Below, piece after piece: positions 9,401-22,411 of a stretch of 64,000 nt of DNA. The notes under the pieces were generated by a model. The model made no database searches and had not been told where the DNA came from. It saw only the letters and a list, made by a program, of their open reading frames with translations. The DNA lies in contig OZ244990.1 in assembly GCA_965223205.1 (NCBI GenBank), positions 2,864,170-2,928,169 on the forward strand. The letters run 5' to 3'. Each line of letters opens with the position of its first letter. Positions within the stretch are counted from its first letter, which is position 1. Made by a program: the position numbers and the translations under genes. The stretch is from Candidatus Eiseniibacteriota bacterium. Lineage in GTDB: Bacteria > Eisenbacteria > RBG-16-71-46 > CAVPCR01 > CBDCWB01.

Positions 9401-9964
9401 ATGTCTTCAACGAGCGACAAGGTCGAGCGTCGCGTCATTATGGGCCCCCAGGAGATACGCCGGGCCTTGACCCGCATAGCCCACGAGATCGTCGAGCGCA
9501 ACCGCGGTACCGAAGGGCTTGGGTTGATCGGCGTCGAGCGCCGCGGTGTGCCTTTGGCCCGCCGGGTCGCCGAGCTGATCCAGGAGTTCGAGTCCACCGA
9601 GGTGCCGGTGGGCAACTTGGACATCACCCTCTACCGGGACGACTTGGCAACCATCGGCCCACAGCCGATCGTGCGGGCCACCGCCATCCCCTTCGATATC
9701 ACCGATCGGGTGCTGGTCTTGGTCGACGACGTGCTCTACACCGGCCGCACCGTCAGGGCGGCGCTCGATTCGATCATCGACTTTGGGAGGCCCAAGGTCA
9801 TTCAGCTGGCGGTCTTGGTCGACCGCGGGCACCGCGAGCTGCCGGTGCGGGCCGACTACGTCGGCAAGAATCTGCCGACGTCGTTGAATGAGATTGTCGA
9901 CGTGCGTCTCACCGAGCAGGACGGCGAGGAGCTGGTCGCCATCCGCAAACGCCAGAGCGTATGA
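9401..9964 (+). CDS. pyrR: Bifunctional pyrimidine operon regulator / uracil phosphoribosyltransferase PyrR
   Basis: [42 protein letters not shown] (PRPP-binding) and [22 protein letters not shown] motifs. Start placed at the ATG for MSSTSDK; an in-frame ATG at 9389 and GTG at 9383 are alternatives. Confidence 0.9.
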   Translation: MSSTSDKVERRVIMGPQEIRRALTRIAHEIVERNRGTEGLGLIGVERRGVPLARRVAELIQEFESTEVPVGNLDITLYRDDLATIGPQPIVRATAIPFDITDRVLVLVDDVLYTGRTVRAALDSIIDFGRPKVIQLAVLVDRGHRELPVRADYVGKNLPTSLNEIVDVRLTEQDGEELVAIRKRQSV

Positions 9965-11013
9965 AGGGTCGTCGCGACCTCCTCGGCCTCTGCGACTTGG
10001 AGCGCGCCGAGATCGTCCATCTCCTCGACTCCACGCGGCGCTTTCTGGCGGTCTTGGAGCGTGCGGTTCCCAAGGTGCCTACCCTCCGCGGTCAGACAGT
10101 GGTCAATCTGTTCTACGAACCCTCGACCCGCACGCGCGTGTCGTTTGAGCTCGCCGAGAAGCGGCTGTCGGCCGACACCGTCAACTTCTCGGCCTCGGGA
10201 TCGAGCGTCTCGAAAGGCGAGACGCTTCTGGACACCGCCCAGAACATCATGGCCATGCAGATCGACATCCTGGTGGTGCGCCACTCGGCCCCCGGGGTCG
10301 CGGCTTTCTTGGCGCGCCACCTGGATTGCGCGGTGGTCAACGCCGGCGACGGTGCCCACGAGCACCCCACCCAGGCGCTCTTGGACCTCTACACCATGCG
10401 CGAGCACAAGGGGCAGGTCGACGGCTTGAAAGTGGCGATCGTCGGCGACGTCGAGCACAGCCGCGTGGCGCGTTCCAACATCTGGGGCCTGGCCAAGCTG
10501 GGTGCTGAAGTGGTGGTCTGCGGGCCGCCCACCCTGGTGCCGCCGGCGCTTGAGACTTTAGGGTGTCGGGTCACCCACGAGATGGACGACGCCGTGTCCG
10601 GCGCCGACGTCTTGATGGCGCTGCGGCTGCAGCGCGAGCGGCAACAGGCTGGGCGGTTGCCCAGCGTTCGCGAGTATGCCCGCCTCTACGGGATCGACGC
10701 CGCCCGTGTTGGGCAGGCGGCGCCCGATTGCCTGGTGATGCACCCCGGCCCGATGAACCGCGGCGTCGAGATCACCACTGACGTCGCCGACGGCGCCCAG
10801 TCGGTCATCCTCGAGCAAGTGCGAAACGGCGTCGCCCTGCGCATGGCCGTTCTCTACTGGGCGAGCGGCCTGGATCGCTCCCCCGAGGGCGACGAGGGCG
10901 AGGCGCCCGCGGGCGCCTCAGAGACGCGAGAGGACGAAGCGCCGAGTTACTCGCCCGCAGACCGCGCCGGTGCGCGCGCAGTCACGTCGCCGAGAAAGGA
11001 GACGCATGTCTAG
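9961..11013 (+). CDS. pyrB: Aspartate carbamoyltransferase catalytic subunit
   Basis: STRTR carbamoyl-phosphate-binding motif ([11 protein letters not shown]) and HPGP motif (MHPGPMNRG). ATGA start/stop overlap with pyrR. About 40-aa acidic C-terminal tail. Confidence 0.92.
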   Translation: MKGRRDLLGLCDLERAEIVHLLDSTRRFLAVLERAVPKVPTLRGQTVVNLFYEPSTRTRVSFELAEKRLSADTVNFSASGSSVSKGETLLDTAQNIMAMQIDILVVRHSAPGVAAFLARHLDCAVVNAGDGAHEHPTQALLDLYTMREHKGQVDGLKVAIVGDVEHSRVARSNIWGLAKLGAEVVVCGPPTLVPPALETLGCRVTHEMDDAVSGADVLMALRLQRERQQAGRLPSVREYARLYGIDAARVGQAAPDCLVMHPGPMNRGVEITTDVADGAQSVILEQVRNGVALRMAVLYWASGLDRSPEGDEGEAPAGASETREDEAPSYSPADRAGARAVTSPRKETHV

Positions 11014-12301
11014 CGCTGAGCGGTTGTGGATTTGTGGCGCCACCCTCTTCGATGGCCGGGGTGTCGATCAGGTCGCGGACGTCTTCATCGAAGACGGCCG
11101 GATCGCCGGGATCGGCGCCGCCGACGGCGATGCCCAGCGCCTGGACGCCCGGGGCGGCCTGCTTGTCCCCGGCCTCTGTGATGTGCACGTGCACTTTCGA
11201 GAGCCTGGCCAGGAGTACAAAGAGACCGTGGCTTCGGGCGCACGGGCGGCGGCGCGCGGCGGCATGACCGACGTGGCCTGCATGCCCAACACCCAACCAC
11301 CCATCGACCAGCTGGCGATTGTCCGACTCATCCAAGAACGCGCCGCCCGAGCCGGCGCCGCCCGCGTCCATCCGATCGCCTGCGTCACCGCCGGCCAGGC
11401 GGGCGCCGAACTCACCGAGATGGCCGAGCTGGCCGAGGCTGGGGTGGTTGCCTTCTCGGACGACGGTCTGCCGGTGGCCTCCGCCGAAATCATGCGGCGT
11501 GCCCTCGAATACAGCCGCATGCTGGGGCTACCGATCATCGACCACTGCGAAGAGCCGGCTCTGGCTAAGGGCGGCGTCATGCACGAAGGCGTTGTCTCCA
11601 CCCAGCTCGGGCTGCGCGGCATGCCCGCCGCTGCCGAAGAAATCATGGTGGCGCGCGACTTGCGGTTGGCCGAGCTGACCGGCGGGCACATTCACTTGGC
11701 GCACATGTCCACCGCCGGCTCGGTGGCGCTCATTCGAGATGCCAAGGGTCGAGGCGTGCGGGTGACTGCCGAGGTCACCCCGCATCACCTGGTGCTGACC
11801 GACGAAGCGGTGCGTTCCTACGACCCAGTCACCAAGGTGAACCCGCCGCTCAGGACCGACGCCGACGTCCGGGCGCTCCGCGCCGCCCTGGCCGACGGCA
11901 CCATCGACTTGGTGGCTTCCGACCACGCACCCCACGCGGTCACCGAGAAAGAGCAGGAGTTCGACCTCGCGCCGTTCGGGATGATCGGCGTCGAGACGCT
12001 GTTACCGATTGTCTGGACTGAACTCGTGGTGCCCGGCGCCATCACCCGGGAGCGCGCCATCGAAGTGATGAGCCATGCCCCGCGCCGGTTGATCGGGCTC
12101 GAGGAGGTCACCTTTGCGGTCGGACGGGCGGCGGATCTGACCCTCTTGGATCCCAAGGAAACCTGGGCCGTGGATCCGCGCCAGTTGGTTTCGGCGTCCC
12201 GCAATTGCCCGTTCGCCGGCCATCCGGTCGTCGGGCGGGTCGCCGGTACTTGGGTGGCGGGGCGTCAAGTGTGGGCTGAGACCCGGGCGGAGGCGATATG
12301 A
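11006..12301 (+). CDS. pyrC: Dihydroorotase (type I, about 430 aa)
   Basis: DVHVHFREPG metal-binding motif; AAGGAG ribosome-binding site 5-10 nt upstream of the ATG at 11006. The ORF-track start at 10970 is an in-frame N-terminal extension. Confidence 0.9.
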   Translation: MSSAERLWICGATLFDGRGVDQVADVFIEDGRIAGIGAADGDAQRLDARGGLLVPGLCDVHVHFREPGQEYKETVASGARAAARGGMTDVACMPNTQPPIDQLAIVRLIQERAARAGAARVHPIACVTAGQAGAELTEMAELAEAGVVAFSDDGLPVASAEIMRRALEYSRMLGLPIIDHCEEPALAKGGVMHEGVVSTQLGLRGMPAAAEEIMVARDLRLAELTGGHIHLAHMSTAGSVALIRDAKGRGVRVTAEVTPHHLVLTDEAVRSYDPVTKVNPPLRTDADVRALRAALADGTIDLVASDHAPHAVTEKEQEFDLAPFGMIGVETLLPIVWTELVVPGAITRERAIEVMSHAPRRLIGLEEVTFAVGRAADLTLLDPKETWAVDPRQLVSASRNCPFAGHPVVGRVAGTWVAGRQVWAETRAEAI

Positions 12302-13493
12302 AGCGGCTCGAAAGGGCTCGGTTAGTGTTGGAGGACGGTCGCGTCTTTAGGGGCACGCGCGTCACCGGCTCTGGGATGGTGACCGGCGAGGTGGTGTTCA
12401 ATACTGCCATGACCGGTTACCAGGAGGTCTTGTCCGACCCTTCCTACGCCGGCCAGATCGTCGTCTTGACCCAACCGCAAATTGGCAACACCGGGGTGAA
12501 CGCCGTCGATATGGAAGCGGTCCAACCGCTCTGCCGGGGTGTGGTGGTGCGCCGCATGTCGGGGCGTCCGTCCAGTTACCGGGCGACCATGACGTTGCCC
12601 GAGTGGTTGTTCCACCACGGCGTCGCCTGCATCGAAGGCGTCGACACCCGGGCGGTCACCCACCACCTGCGCCGTCAAGGCGCCCTGCGCGGGGCGATGG
12701 AGATGGCCGCCGGGCGCTCGGATTCGGCGGAGGCGTTGGAACGAGCGCAGCGCGAGCCCTTGATGGCTGGCAGCGACTGGGCGATGCGGGTGGCGCACGC
12801 TGAGCCCCGGTGTTTCTCTGGAACCGGCGCCGACAAACACTGGTCGCCCCTGCGGCCTGCGGCACCGGTAGTCCCGGGGGACCCCGAGCCGGTGGCACTT
12901 GCGGCGCGGTGTCCATTTCCCATCCCCGGCGTGCCGCGGGTGGTGGTGGTCGACTTCGGGGTCAAAGACGGCGTGCCGGAGGGGTTGGTGCGCGCCGGCG
13001 CCCAGGTCTTGGTGGTGCCGCCGACGACCGATGCCAGCGCCATTGCCGCCACCGGCGCCGACGGCGTCGTCTTGTCGAACGGCCCCGGTGACCCGGCGGC
13101 GGTCCTTGGGGGTGATGCGCTGGCGCGATCTCTCCTCGGTCGCCTGCCCGTGCTCGGCATCTGCTTGGGCCACCAGTTGATGGCGCGCGCCCTGGGGCTT
13201 TGCACCTTCAAGCTGCCGTTCGGACACCACGGCGCCAACCACCCGGTGCAGGCGCTCAACACCGGTCGGGTTTGGGTGACCTCGCAAAACCACGGGTTTG
13301 CGGTGGCACCGCCGGCGGCCGGGCAGCCAGCGATCGAAGTGACCCACGTGAGTTTGGTGGATGGAACGGTCGAAGGGTTCAGAGTCCCCGACCTCCGCGC
13401 CTTCGCCGTGCAGTTTCACCCCGAAGCATCGCCTGGTCCGCACGATGCTTTCGGTGTCCTCGATGGATTCGTTACGTCCCTGAACGAGGTGCC

Positions 13494-16715
<3,222 letters not shown>

Positions 16716-16718
16716 CGC

Positions 16719-18473
16719 GTGTCGGTTCGCCTTCCCCGACATCAAGCCCCGCTCCGACGACTGCCCAGCGCCTGGTGGGTGCTCGTCCTCATGATCTTGA
16801 TCGAGGGTTGTGGCGCCTACTACAACACCTTCTACCACGCCAAGAAGCGTTACCAGGAGGCAGAGGTGCTGCAACGCGCCCAGGGCGAGCGCAACCCGAC
16901 GCCGCAGATCCTTGGGATGTACCAGGAAGCCATCGACAAGAGTCAGAAAGTCATCGAAGACTTTCCCGATTCCAAGTGGGTGGACGACGCGCGCTACCTG
17001 ATGGGCAGGGCACAGTTGGGCCGCCAGGAATACGAGGCGGCGCTGGCGACGTTTCAGCGCTTGATTGCCAGCCATCCCGAGTCCAAGTTGATTCCAGAAG
17101 CACGCTTAGGCATCGGCATGTGCCACGTCGGGACCGGCGACTACGTGCGCGCTGACCAAGTCCTCGAGGACCTCTTGCAGTCCAATCGGAAGTTTGACCG
17201 GCGCGACGAGGTCTACTTGGAACTCGCCAAGTCGGCAGCGTTGCGGCGCGACCACCAGGCCGCCGCCGAGCGCTTCACGCGGCTGTTGGAACGTTCGCCC
17301 GAGCGCCGCGTCTCGATCGACGCCCTCCGGCACCGGGGCGATGCGTACCGCGCGCTGGGTGACCACCAGGCGGCGCTGGCGGACTTCTTGGCCGTCGAAG
17401 AGGCTATTTCCGAACCCGAACTGCGCTACGAGGTCGGTCTCGATATCGGTCAGGCACTCGAAGAGTTGGGGCGCTTCGACGAAGCGTTGGCCCGCTATCA
17501 GGCGCTGGAGCGTGAGATGGCCACCGCGCGTCACCTGCCCCGCACCTTGCTCTCGACCGCACGGGTCACCAATCGGTTGGGCGACCACGCGCGCGCCGTC
17601 GAACTCTACGAGTCGATCGTCGAAAAGTACCCCGGCGGCGCCGACGCCGCTCAGGCGCAATTCCAGCTGGGTAACACCTACGAGGTGTACCTGCACGACA
17701 ATGCCAAAGCCATCGAGGCCTACAGCCAGGTGCGCGCGGTGAACGCCAGCTCCGACTTTGTCGACCTGGCGGAGAGTCGCCAGGCCGACCTGGAGCGCCT
17801 TGGGGCGTTGGCTGAAGAGGTGACTTCGGGGAGTGGTGACGCCCAGGCCGAAGCGGCCTATCAGCTGGCCGAGGTCAAGCTCTTCCGCCTCAATAAACCC
17901 GCCGAAGCCATCGAGGATTTTGCTTCGCTGGAGTCAGACTTCCCGCTGAGCCGTTTCGCCCCCAAGGCGGCCTACGCCATCGGCTACACCCACGAGTCCG
18001 AGTTGGGCGACTCGGTGGCCGCCCACGCTGCCTACCAGCGGGTCTACGAGCGCTATCCCCAGACCGAGTACGGACTCCGCGCGGGTGTCTGGGTGGGTGC
18101 CCTAGACCGCGACTCGTTGAACATCTGGCTCGGCGCCATCGAAATGGAGCGGACCCGGCGGGACTCGTTGGCGCGTGCCCGCGCCTTCGCCGATAGCTTG
18201 ACGCGGGCCGACTCGCTCTGGGCGGCGGGGGGCGATACGACGGCGACCGAGGCGGCACCGGCCGATTCGCTGCGCGCTGCTGGAGCTGATACCGTGGTGG
18301 CCGCGGCCGATTCGCTTGCGGCCCATGCACTGGAGCGGAGTCCCATGGACCCAGAAGAGCGCAGCCGCCGCCTCGTGGCCCACGAACGCATGCGCGACTC
18401 CTTGATGGCCATCGCCCGCGCCCGTCGCGAGTCCCTGGACACGCGGCAGCGCCGGTTGATCGACGAGCGATGA
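16719..18473 (+). CDS. Tetratricopeptide-repeat protein, probable lipoprotein (BamD-like TPR fold) with ADSL-repeat C-terminal region
   Basis: Signal-like N-terminus ending ...LVLMILIEGC; multiple TPR-like helical hairpins; low-complexity C-terminus with four ADSL repeats. Lies inside the pyr operon: 3 nt after the carB stop, and its stop overlaps the pyrK ATG. Confidence 0.75.
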   Translation: MSVRLPRHQAPLRRLPSAWWVLVLMILIEGCGAYYNTFYHAKKRYQEAEVLQRAQGERNPTPQILGMYQEAIDKSQKVIEDFPDSKWVDDARYLMGRAQLGRQEYEAALATFQRLIASHPESKLIPEARLGIGMCHVGTGDYVRADQVLEDLLQSNRKFDRRDEVYLELAKSAALRRDHQAAAERFTRLLERSPERRVSIDALRHRGDAYRALGDHQAALADFLAVEEAISEPELRYEVGLDIGQALEELGRFDEALARYQALEREMATARHLPRTLLSTARVTNRLGDHARAVELYESIVEKYPGGADAAQAQFQLGNTYEVYLHDNAKAIEAYSQVRAVNASSDFVDLAESRQADLERLGALAEEVTSGSGDAQAEAAYQLAEVKLFRLNKPAEAIEDFASLESDFPLSRFAPKAAYAIGYTHESELGDSVAAHAAYQRVYERYPQTEYGLRAGVWVGALDRDSLNIWLGAIEMERTRRDSLARARAFADSLTRADSLWAAGGDTTATEAAPADSLRAAGADTVVAAADSLAAHALERSPMDPEERSRRLVAHERMRDSLMAIARARRESLDTRQRRLIDER

Positions 18474-19309
18474 CCCGCCCGCCCCTCGCCCAGCGGCCGG
18501 CATGGGTTCAGGGAGTGGTCCCGGTGGCTCCCGATTCGTACGTGGCGACTTTGGCGATGGCCGCCGATTTTCCACCGACGGTGCCCGGGCAGTTCGTGCA
18601 TTTGCGCCTCGGCGAGGATCCACTCTTGCGCCGGCCCTTGAGTCTTTTGTCCGACCGGGTAGACGGTGGTACCCGACTTTTGGAAGTGATGTTTGCGGTC
18701 GTCGGGCGCGGGACGCGCGCCATGGCTGTCTGGCAACCGGGCGACGAGGTTGACGTCCTCGGTCCCTGCGGCAACGGTTTCGCCCTGCCCACCAGCGGGC
18801 GTTGTGTGTTGGTGGCCGGTGGCCGGGGAGTGGTGCCGCTCTACCGCGTGGTCCAGTGGTTGGCGGCGGGGGAGGCCTTGGGACCCGAGATCCACTTCAT
18901 TTACGGCGCGCGTACCGCCCCCCTCGTCTGGGGGCTGGAGCGGTTGGGCGCCATCGATGTGGCGGTAGCAACCGACGACGGGAGCTTGGGTCACCATGGC
19001 ACCGCCGTGGATCTCCTCGAGCGCGCTCTGGACCCAACGGCGGCCACCGCCGTTTTGAGCTGCGGCCCCGAGCCCTTCTTGGCGGCCGTCGCCCAAATGG
19101 CCCGGCGGGCCGGTGTCGAGGCGCAGGTGTCGCTCGAAAACCGCATGGGCTGCGCCGCGGGGTTGTGCCGCGGGTGTGTGATTCCGCGCCGGTTGCGTGC
19201 CCACACCCCCTGGCCCGCCGACGGCAACGCGGCGTTCGGTACGGTCTGTCGCGAGGGGCCGGTCTTTTGGGGAAACGATGTCGAGTGGCGGGCGTTGCCG
19301 GTCCCATGA
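18470..19309 (+). CDS. pyrK: Dihydroorotate dehydrogenase electron-transfer subunit
   Basis: FAD-binding RPLSL motif (LRRPLSLLSD), NAD-binding GGRGVVPL, and C-terminal 2Fe-2S cysteine cluster CAAGLCRGC. ATGA overlaps on both sides. Confidence 0.85.
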   Translation: MTRPPLAQRPAWVQGVVPVAPDSYVATLAMAADFPPTVPGQFVHLRLGEDPLLRRPLSLLSDRVDGGTRLLEVMFAVVGRGTRAMAVWQPGDEVDVLGPCGNGFALPTSGRCVLVAGGRGVVPLYRVVQWLAAGEALGPEIHFIYGARTAPLVWGLERLGAIDVAVATDDGSLGHHGTAVDLLERALDPTAATAVLSCGPEPFLAAVAQMARRAGVEAQVSLENRMGCAAGLCRGCVIPRRLRAHTPWPADGNAAFGTVCREGPVFWGNDVEWRALPVP

Positions 19310-20250
19310 GCGCTCTGGATCTCAAAGTGCGCCTTGGGCGCTTGGAGTTGCAAAACCCCATCCTCCTGGCGTCGGGGACCTGCGGCTACGGTGCCGACAT
19401 CGCTGGGTTGGTGGACCTGGGGGCGATCGGTGGCCTGGTGACCAAGACGGTGACCCCCCAACCGCGCACCGGCAATCCGCCGCCCAGAATCGCCGAGGTG
19501 ACCGGCGGCATGCTCAACTCGATCGGCCTCGAAAACGTTGGCGTCGACGCCTTCCTGCGCGACAAGGCGCCGTCCTTCGTCGATCTGGGGACCCAAATCA
19601 TTGTCTCGGTGGGTGGCCACACCGCTGGGGACTATCGGGACGTGGTCGGCGCCCTAGAAGACGCTGATGCGGTCGCCGGCTACGAACTCAATTTGTCCTG
19701 CCCCAACGTCTCGGGTGGGCTCGACTTTTCGACCGACCCGAGTGCCTGCGGGCGGCTGGTGGGTGCTGTGCGTCGCCAGACCGAGCGATCGCTGTGGGTC
19801 AAGCTCACCCCCAACGTCGGAGCGATGGCGCCGATCGCTCAGGCGGCAGCCGACGCCGGTGCCGACGCGGTGGCGCTGGTCAACACTTACCTGGGGATGG
19901 CTATCGACGTCGAGCGCCGGCGTGCCCAACTGGCCACCGTCGTGGGAGGTTTGTCCGGCCCGGCCATCCGGCCGTTGGCTCTCGCCCGGGTTTTTGAGGT
20001 GAGCCGCGCGGTCGGCGTACCGGTGGTCGGGATCGGTGGCATCGCCAGCGCCCAGCACGTCGCCGAGTTCCTGCTGGCTGGCGCCACCGCCGTCCAGGTC
20101 GGCACTCATAACTTTGTGGATCCTCAAGCGCCGGGGCGCTGGGCCCAGGAGCTGGCCGCCTACCTGAACGTGCAGGGTTTGGCGCGAGCGGCCGACCTCC
20201 GGCACGCCTTCCAGGGCTGTCCGGCCCGAGAAGAGGCGGGCCATGCCTGA
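19306..20250 (+). CDS. pyrD: Dihydroorotate dehydrogenase catalytic subunit (class 1B)
   Basis: LQNPILLASGTCGYG, ELNLSCPNV (catalytic Cys) and GIGGIASAQHVAEFLLAGATAVQVGT motifs. The ORF-track start at 18802 is an in-frame extension through pyrK. Confidence 0.9.
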   Translation: MSALDLKVRLGRLELQNPILLASGTCGYGADIAGLVDLGAIGGLVTKTVTPQPRTGNPPPRIAEVTGGMLNSIGLENVGVDAFLRDKAPSFVDLGTQIIVSVGGHTAGDYRDVVGALEDADAVAGYELNLSCPNVSGGLDFSTDPSACGRLVGAVRRQTERSLWVKLTPNVGAMAPIAQAAADAGADAVALVNTYLGMAIDVERRRAQLATVVGGLSGPAIRPLALARVFEVSRAVGVPVVGIGGIASAQHVAEFLLAGATAVQVGTHNFVDPQAPGRWAQELAAYLNVQGLARAADLRHAFQGCPAREEAGHA

Positions 20251-20902
20251 ACGCAGCGGCCGCGAGCGGCTGATCGTTGCCCTGGACTTCTCCGAGCTGA
20301 CCGACGCACTCGAGCTGGTGGATCTGTTGGGTCAGCAGATCTCCTTCTATAAGGTGGGACTGACCCTGTTTGCGTCGGCTGGGCGGCTGGCCGTCGACGC
20401 TCTGGCGGCGCGCCAAAAACACGTGTTTCTCGACATGAAGCTCCACGACATTCCCGCCCAGGTGGCAGGCGCGGTCGGCGCCATCGGCAGGATGGGGGTG
20501 CGGTTGGCGACGGTGCACACGGCGGGGGGCCTGGCCATGCTGGAAGCAGCGGCAGGGGCTGCGCCGCCGTCCCTCCGCCTCTTGGGGGTGACCGTCCTCA
20601 CCAGCCAACCCGCCAGGCCGGAGGTGGTATTGGAGCGAGCCCAGCTGGCGGCCGCGGCTGGGCTGCCTGGGGTCGTCGCCTCTGCCCGGGAAGCCGGCCG
20701 TTTGCGTACCCTCCTCGGATCTGAGACGCTGATCGTGACGCCGGGGATTCGCCTCAAGGGCGACGATCGAGACGATCAAGAGCGCGTGGCGACGCCGGCG
20801 GACGCACGAGACGCCGACTTCCTGGTCGTGGGGCGACCGGTCACCCAGGCTCAAGACCCGCGTCAGGCGGTCGAGGCCTTGAGCGCCGGTCTCCTTCCTT
20901 GA
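20243..20902 (+). CDS. pyrF: Orotidine-5'-phosphate decarboxylase
   Basis: LIVALDF...FYKVG...LDMKLHDIP motifs of OMP decarboxylase; 8-nt overlap with pyrD. Confidence 0.85.
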   Translation: MPERSGRERLIVALDFSELTDALELVDLLGQQISFYKVGLTLFASAGRLAVDALAARQKHVFLDMKLHDIPAQVAGAVGAIGRMGVRLATVHTAGGLAMLEAAAGAAPPSLRLLGVTVLTSQPARPEVVLERAQLAAAAGLPGVVASAREAGRLRTLLGSETLIVTPGIRLKGDDRDDQERVATPADARDADFLVVGRPVTQAQDPRQAVEALSAGLLP

Positions 20903-20946
20903 ATGGGGCAGTGCCATCGCCTGCCCTCACGATGGAACAGCTTTTG

Positions 20947-20971
20947 ACCGATCCTCCCGACGGGGATCGGT
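20947..20971 (+). terminator. Candidate terminator hairpin downstream of pyrF (8-bp stem ACCGATCC/GGATCGGT)
   Basis: Inverted repeat 45 nt after the pyrF stop, followed by a pyrimidine-rich CTCTTTCC. A second hairpin (GGGCAG/CTGCCC, 20906-20926) precedes it. No clean U-tract. Confidence 0.3.
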
Positions 20972-21055
20972 GACCCTCTTTCCGTGCGCAGGCGAGCCGC
21001 AACAGGCGCGTCGGACCAGGACAGGTCCGGCTGCGACCGATCGAAAGGACGAGTG

Positions 21056-22402
21056 ATGTACCGGATTTCAGTCATTGGTACGGGCTACGTGGGCCTGGTG
21101 ACCGGGGCCAGCCTCGCCGACTTCGGCAACGACGTTATCTGCGTCGACAAGATCCCCGAAAAGATCCAGAGCCTCAAGCGACTGGAGATCCCGTTTTACG
21201 AGCCGGGGCTGCGCGAGCTGGTGGCGCGGAACGTCGAAGAAGGACGGCTGCATTTCTCGACCGACCTAGCCGCTGCAGTTGCTGAGACGCCGGTCATCTT
21301 CACGGCAGTCGGCACGCCCATGGGTGATGACGGCCGGGCTGATTTGACCGCGGTCTTCGAAGTGGCGCGCGAAGTGGCGCGGGCCATGCAAGGCTACCGG
21401 CTGATCGTCCAAAAGAGTACCGTGCCGGTCGGCACCGGCCGCAAGATCAAGGAGCTCGTCACCGAGAACTTGACCGGTGACCACCCGTTCGACGTCGCTT
21501 CCAACCCCGAGTTCCTGCGGGAAGGCTCCGCGGTGCAGGATTTCACCCATCCCAATCGGGTGGTGATAGGGACGTGGACGGAGCGCGCCGAAAAGCTCAT
21601 CTCCGATATCTACAAGCCCCTCTACTTGCTCGAAGCGCCGATGGTGAAGACGACGGTCGAAACCGCTGAGCTGATCAAGTACGCCGCCAACGCCTTTTTG
21701 GCGACCAAGATCTCGTTCATCAATGAGATTGCCAACCTCTGCGAGGCGCTGGGTGCCGACGTGCGCGAGGTGGCGCACGCCATGGGGTTGGACAATCGCA
21801 TTGGCAACAAGTTCCTACATGCTGGCCCCGGCTACGGCGGTTCGTGTTTTCCGAAGGACACCCGGGCGCTGGCTCACTTTGCCAGCGAGGTGGGCGAGAC
21901 CATGCGCATTGTCGATGCCGTGATCGAGGTCAACGAGCGTCAGATCGAGCGCATGGTTGCCAAGGTGGCCAAGACCTTGGGTGACTTGGACGGCAAGACG
22001 ATTGGCGTCTTGGGGTTGTCGTTCAAACCCAAGACCGACGACATCCGCGACGCGCCGTCGCTGCGCATCATTCGCGGCTTGGTCGAGCAGGGCGCCCAGG
22101 TGCGTGCCTACGATCCGGTGGCCATTCCGCGCGCCGCCGACGAGCTTCCGGACATCGAATACTGCGCCGGCGCCTACGAAACCTGCGACGGGGCGGATGG
22201 AGTCATTGTCGTCACCGAGTGGAATGAATTCAGGCGCCTGGACCTGGAGCGGATCAAGAGCTTGCTCAAGACCCCGGTTTTCTTCGACTTGAAGAACATC
22301 TACTCGCCCACCGAGGTGGCGGCCAAGGGCTTGCGCTACGTCGGCGTTGGGCGCCGGTTCAACGAGAACAACGCCAATCCGGCTTTGGCTTCGACTCGCT
22401 AG
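21056..22402 (+). CDS. ugd: UDP-glucose 6-dehydrogenase
   Basis: N-terminal Rossmann VIGTGYVGLV, catalytic GGSCFPKD motif, and C-terminal UDP-binding domain. ATG at 21056 is preceded by AAAGGA. Confidence 0.9.
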   Translation: MYRISVIGTGYVGLVTGASLADFGNDVICVDKIPEKIQSLKRLEIPFYEPGLRELVARNVEEGRLHFSTDLAAAVAETPVIFTAVGTPMGDDGRADLTAVFEVAREVARAMQGYRLIVQKSTVPVGTGRKIKELVTENLTGDHPFDVASNPEFLREGSAVQDFTHPNRVVIGTWTERAEKLISDIYKPLYLLEAPMVKTTVETAELIKYAANAFLATKISFINEIANLCEALGADVREVAHAMGLDNRIGNKFLHAGPGYGGSCFPKDTRALAHFASEVGETMRIVDAVIEVNERQIERMVAKVAKTLGDLDGKTIGVLGLSFKPKTDDIRDAPSLRIIRGLVEQGAQVRAYDPVAIPRAADELPDIEYCAGAYETCDGADGVIVVTEWNEFRRLDLERIKSLLKTPVFFDLKNIYSPTEVAAKGLRYVGVGRRFNENNANPALASTR

Positions 22403-22411
22403 GAGGGAACC

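Noticed and set aside
13200-13493. N-terminal extension of the carB ORF (ORF track starts at 13200)
   Set aside because: The extension overlaps the carA coding region in another frame and has no homology; the canonical CarB N-terminus [22 protein letters not shown] begins at 13494.
18053-19204. 383-aa - strand ORF
   Set aside because: Antisense to the TPR gene and pyrK; no recognisable domain; high-GC artefact.
18802-19305. N-terminal extension of the pyrD ORF
   Set aside because: Gly/Arg-rich read-through of pyrK in another frame; the true start is the ATG at 19306 in an ATGA overlap with the pyrK stop.
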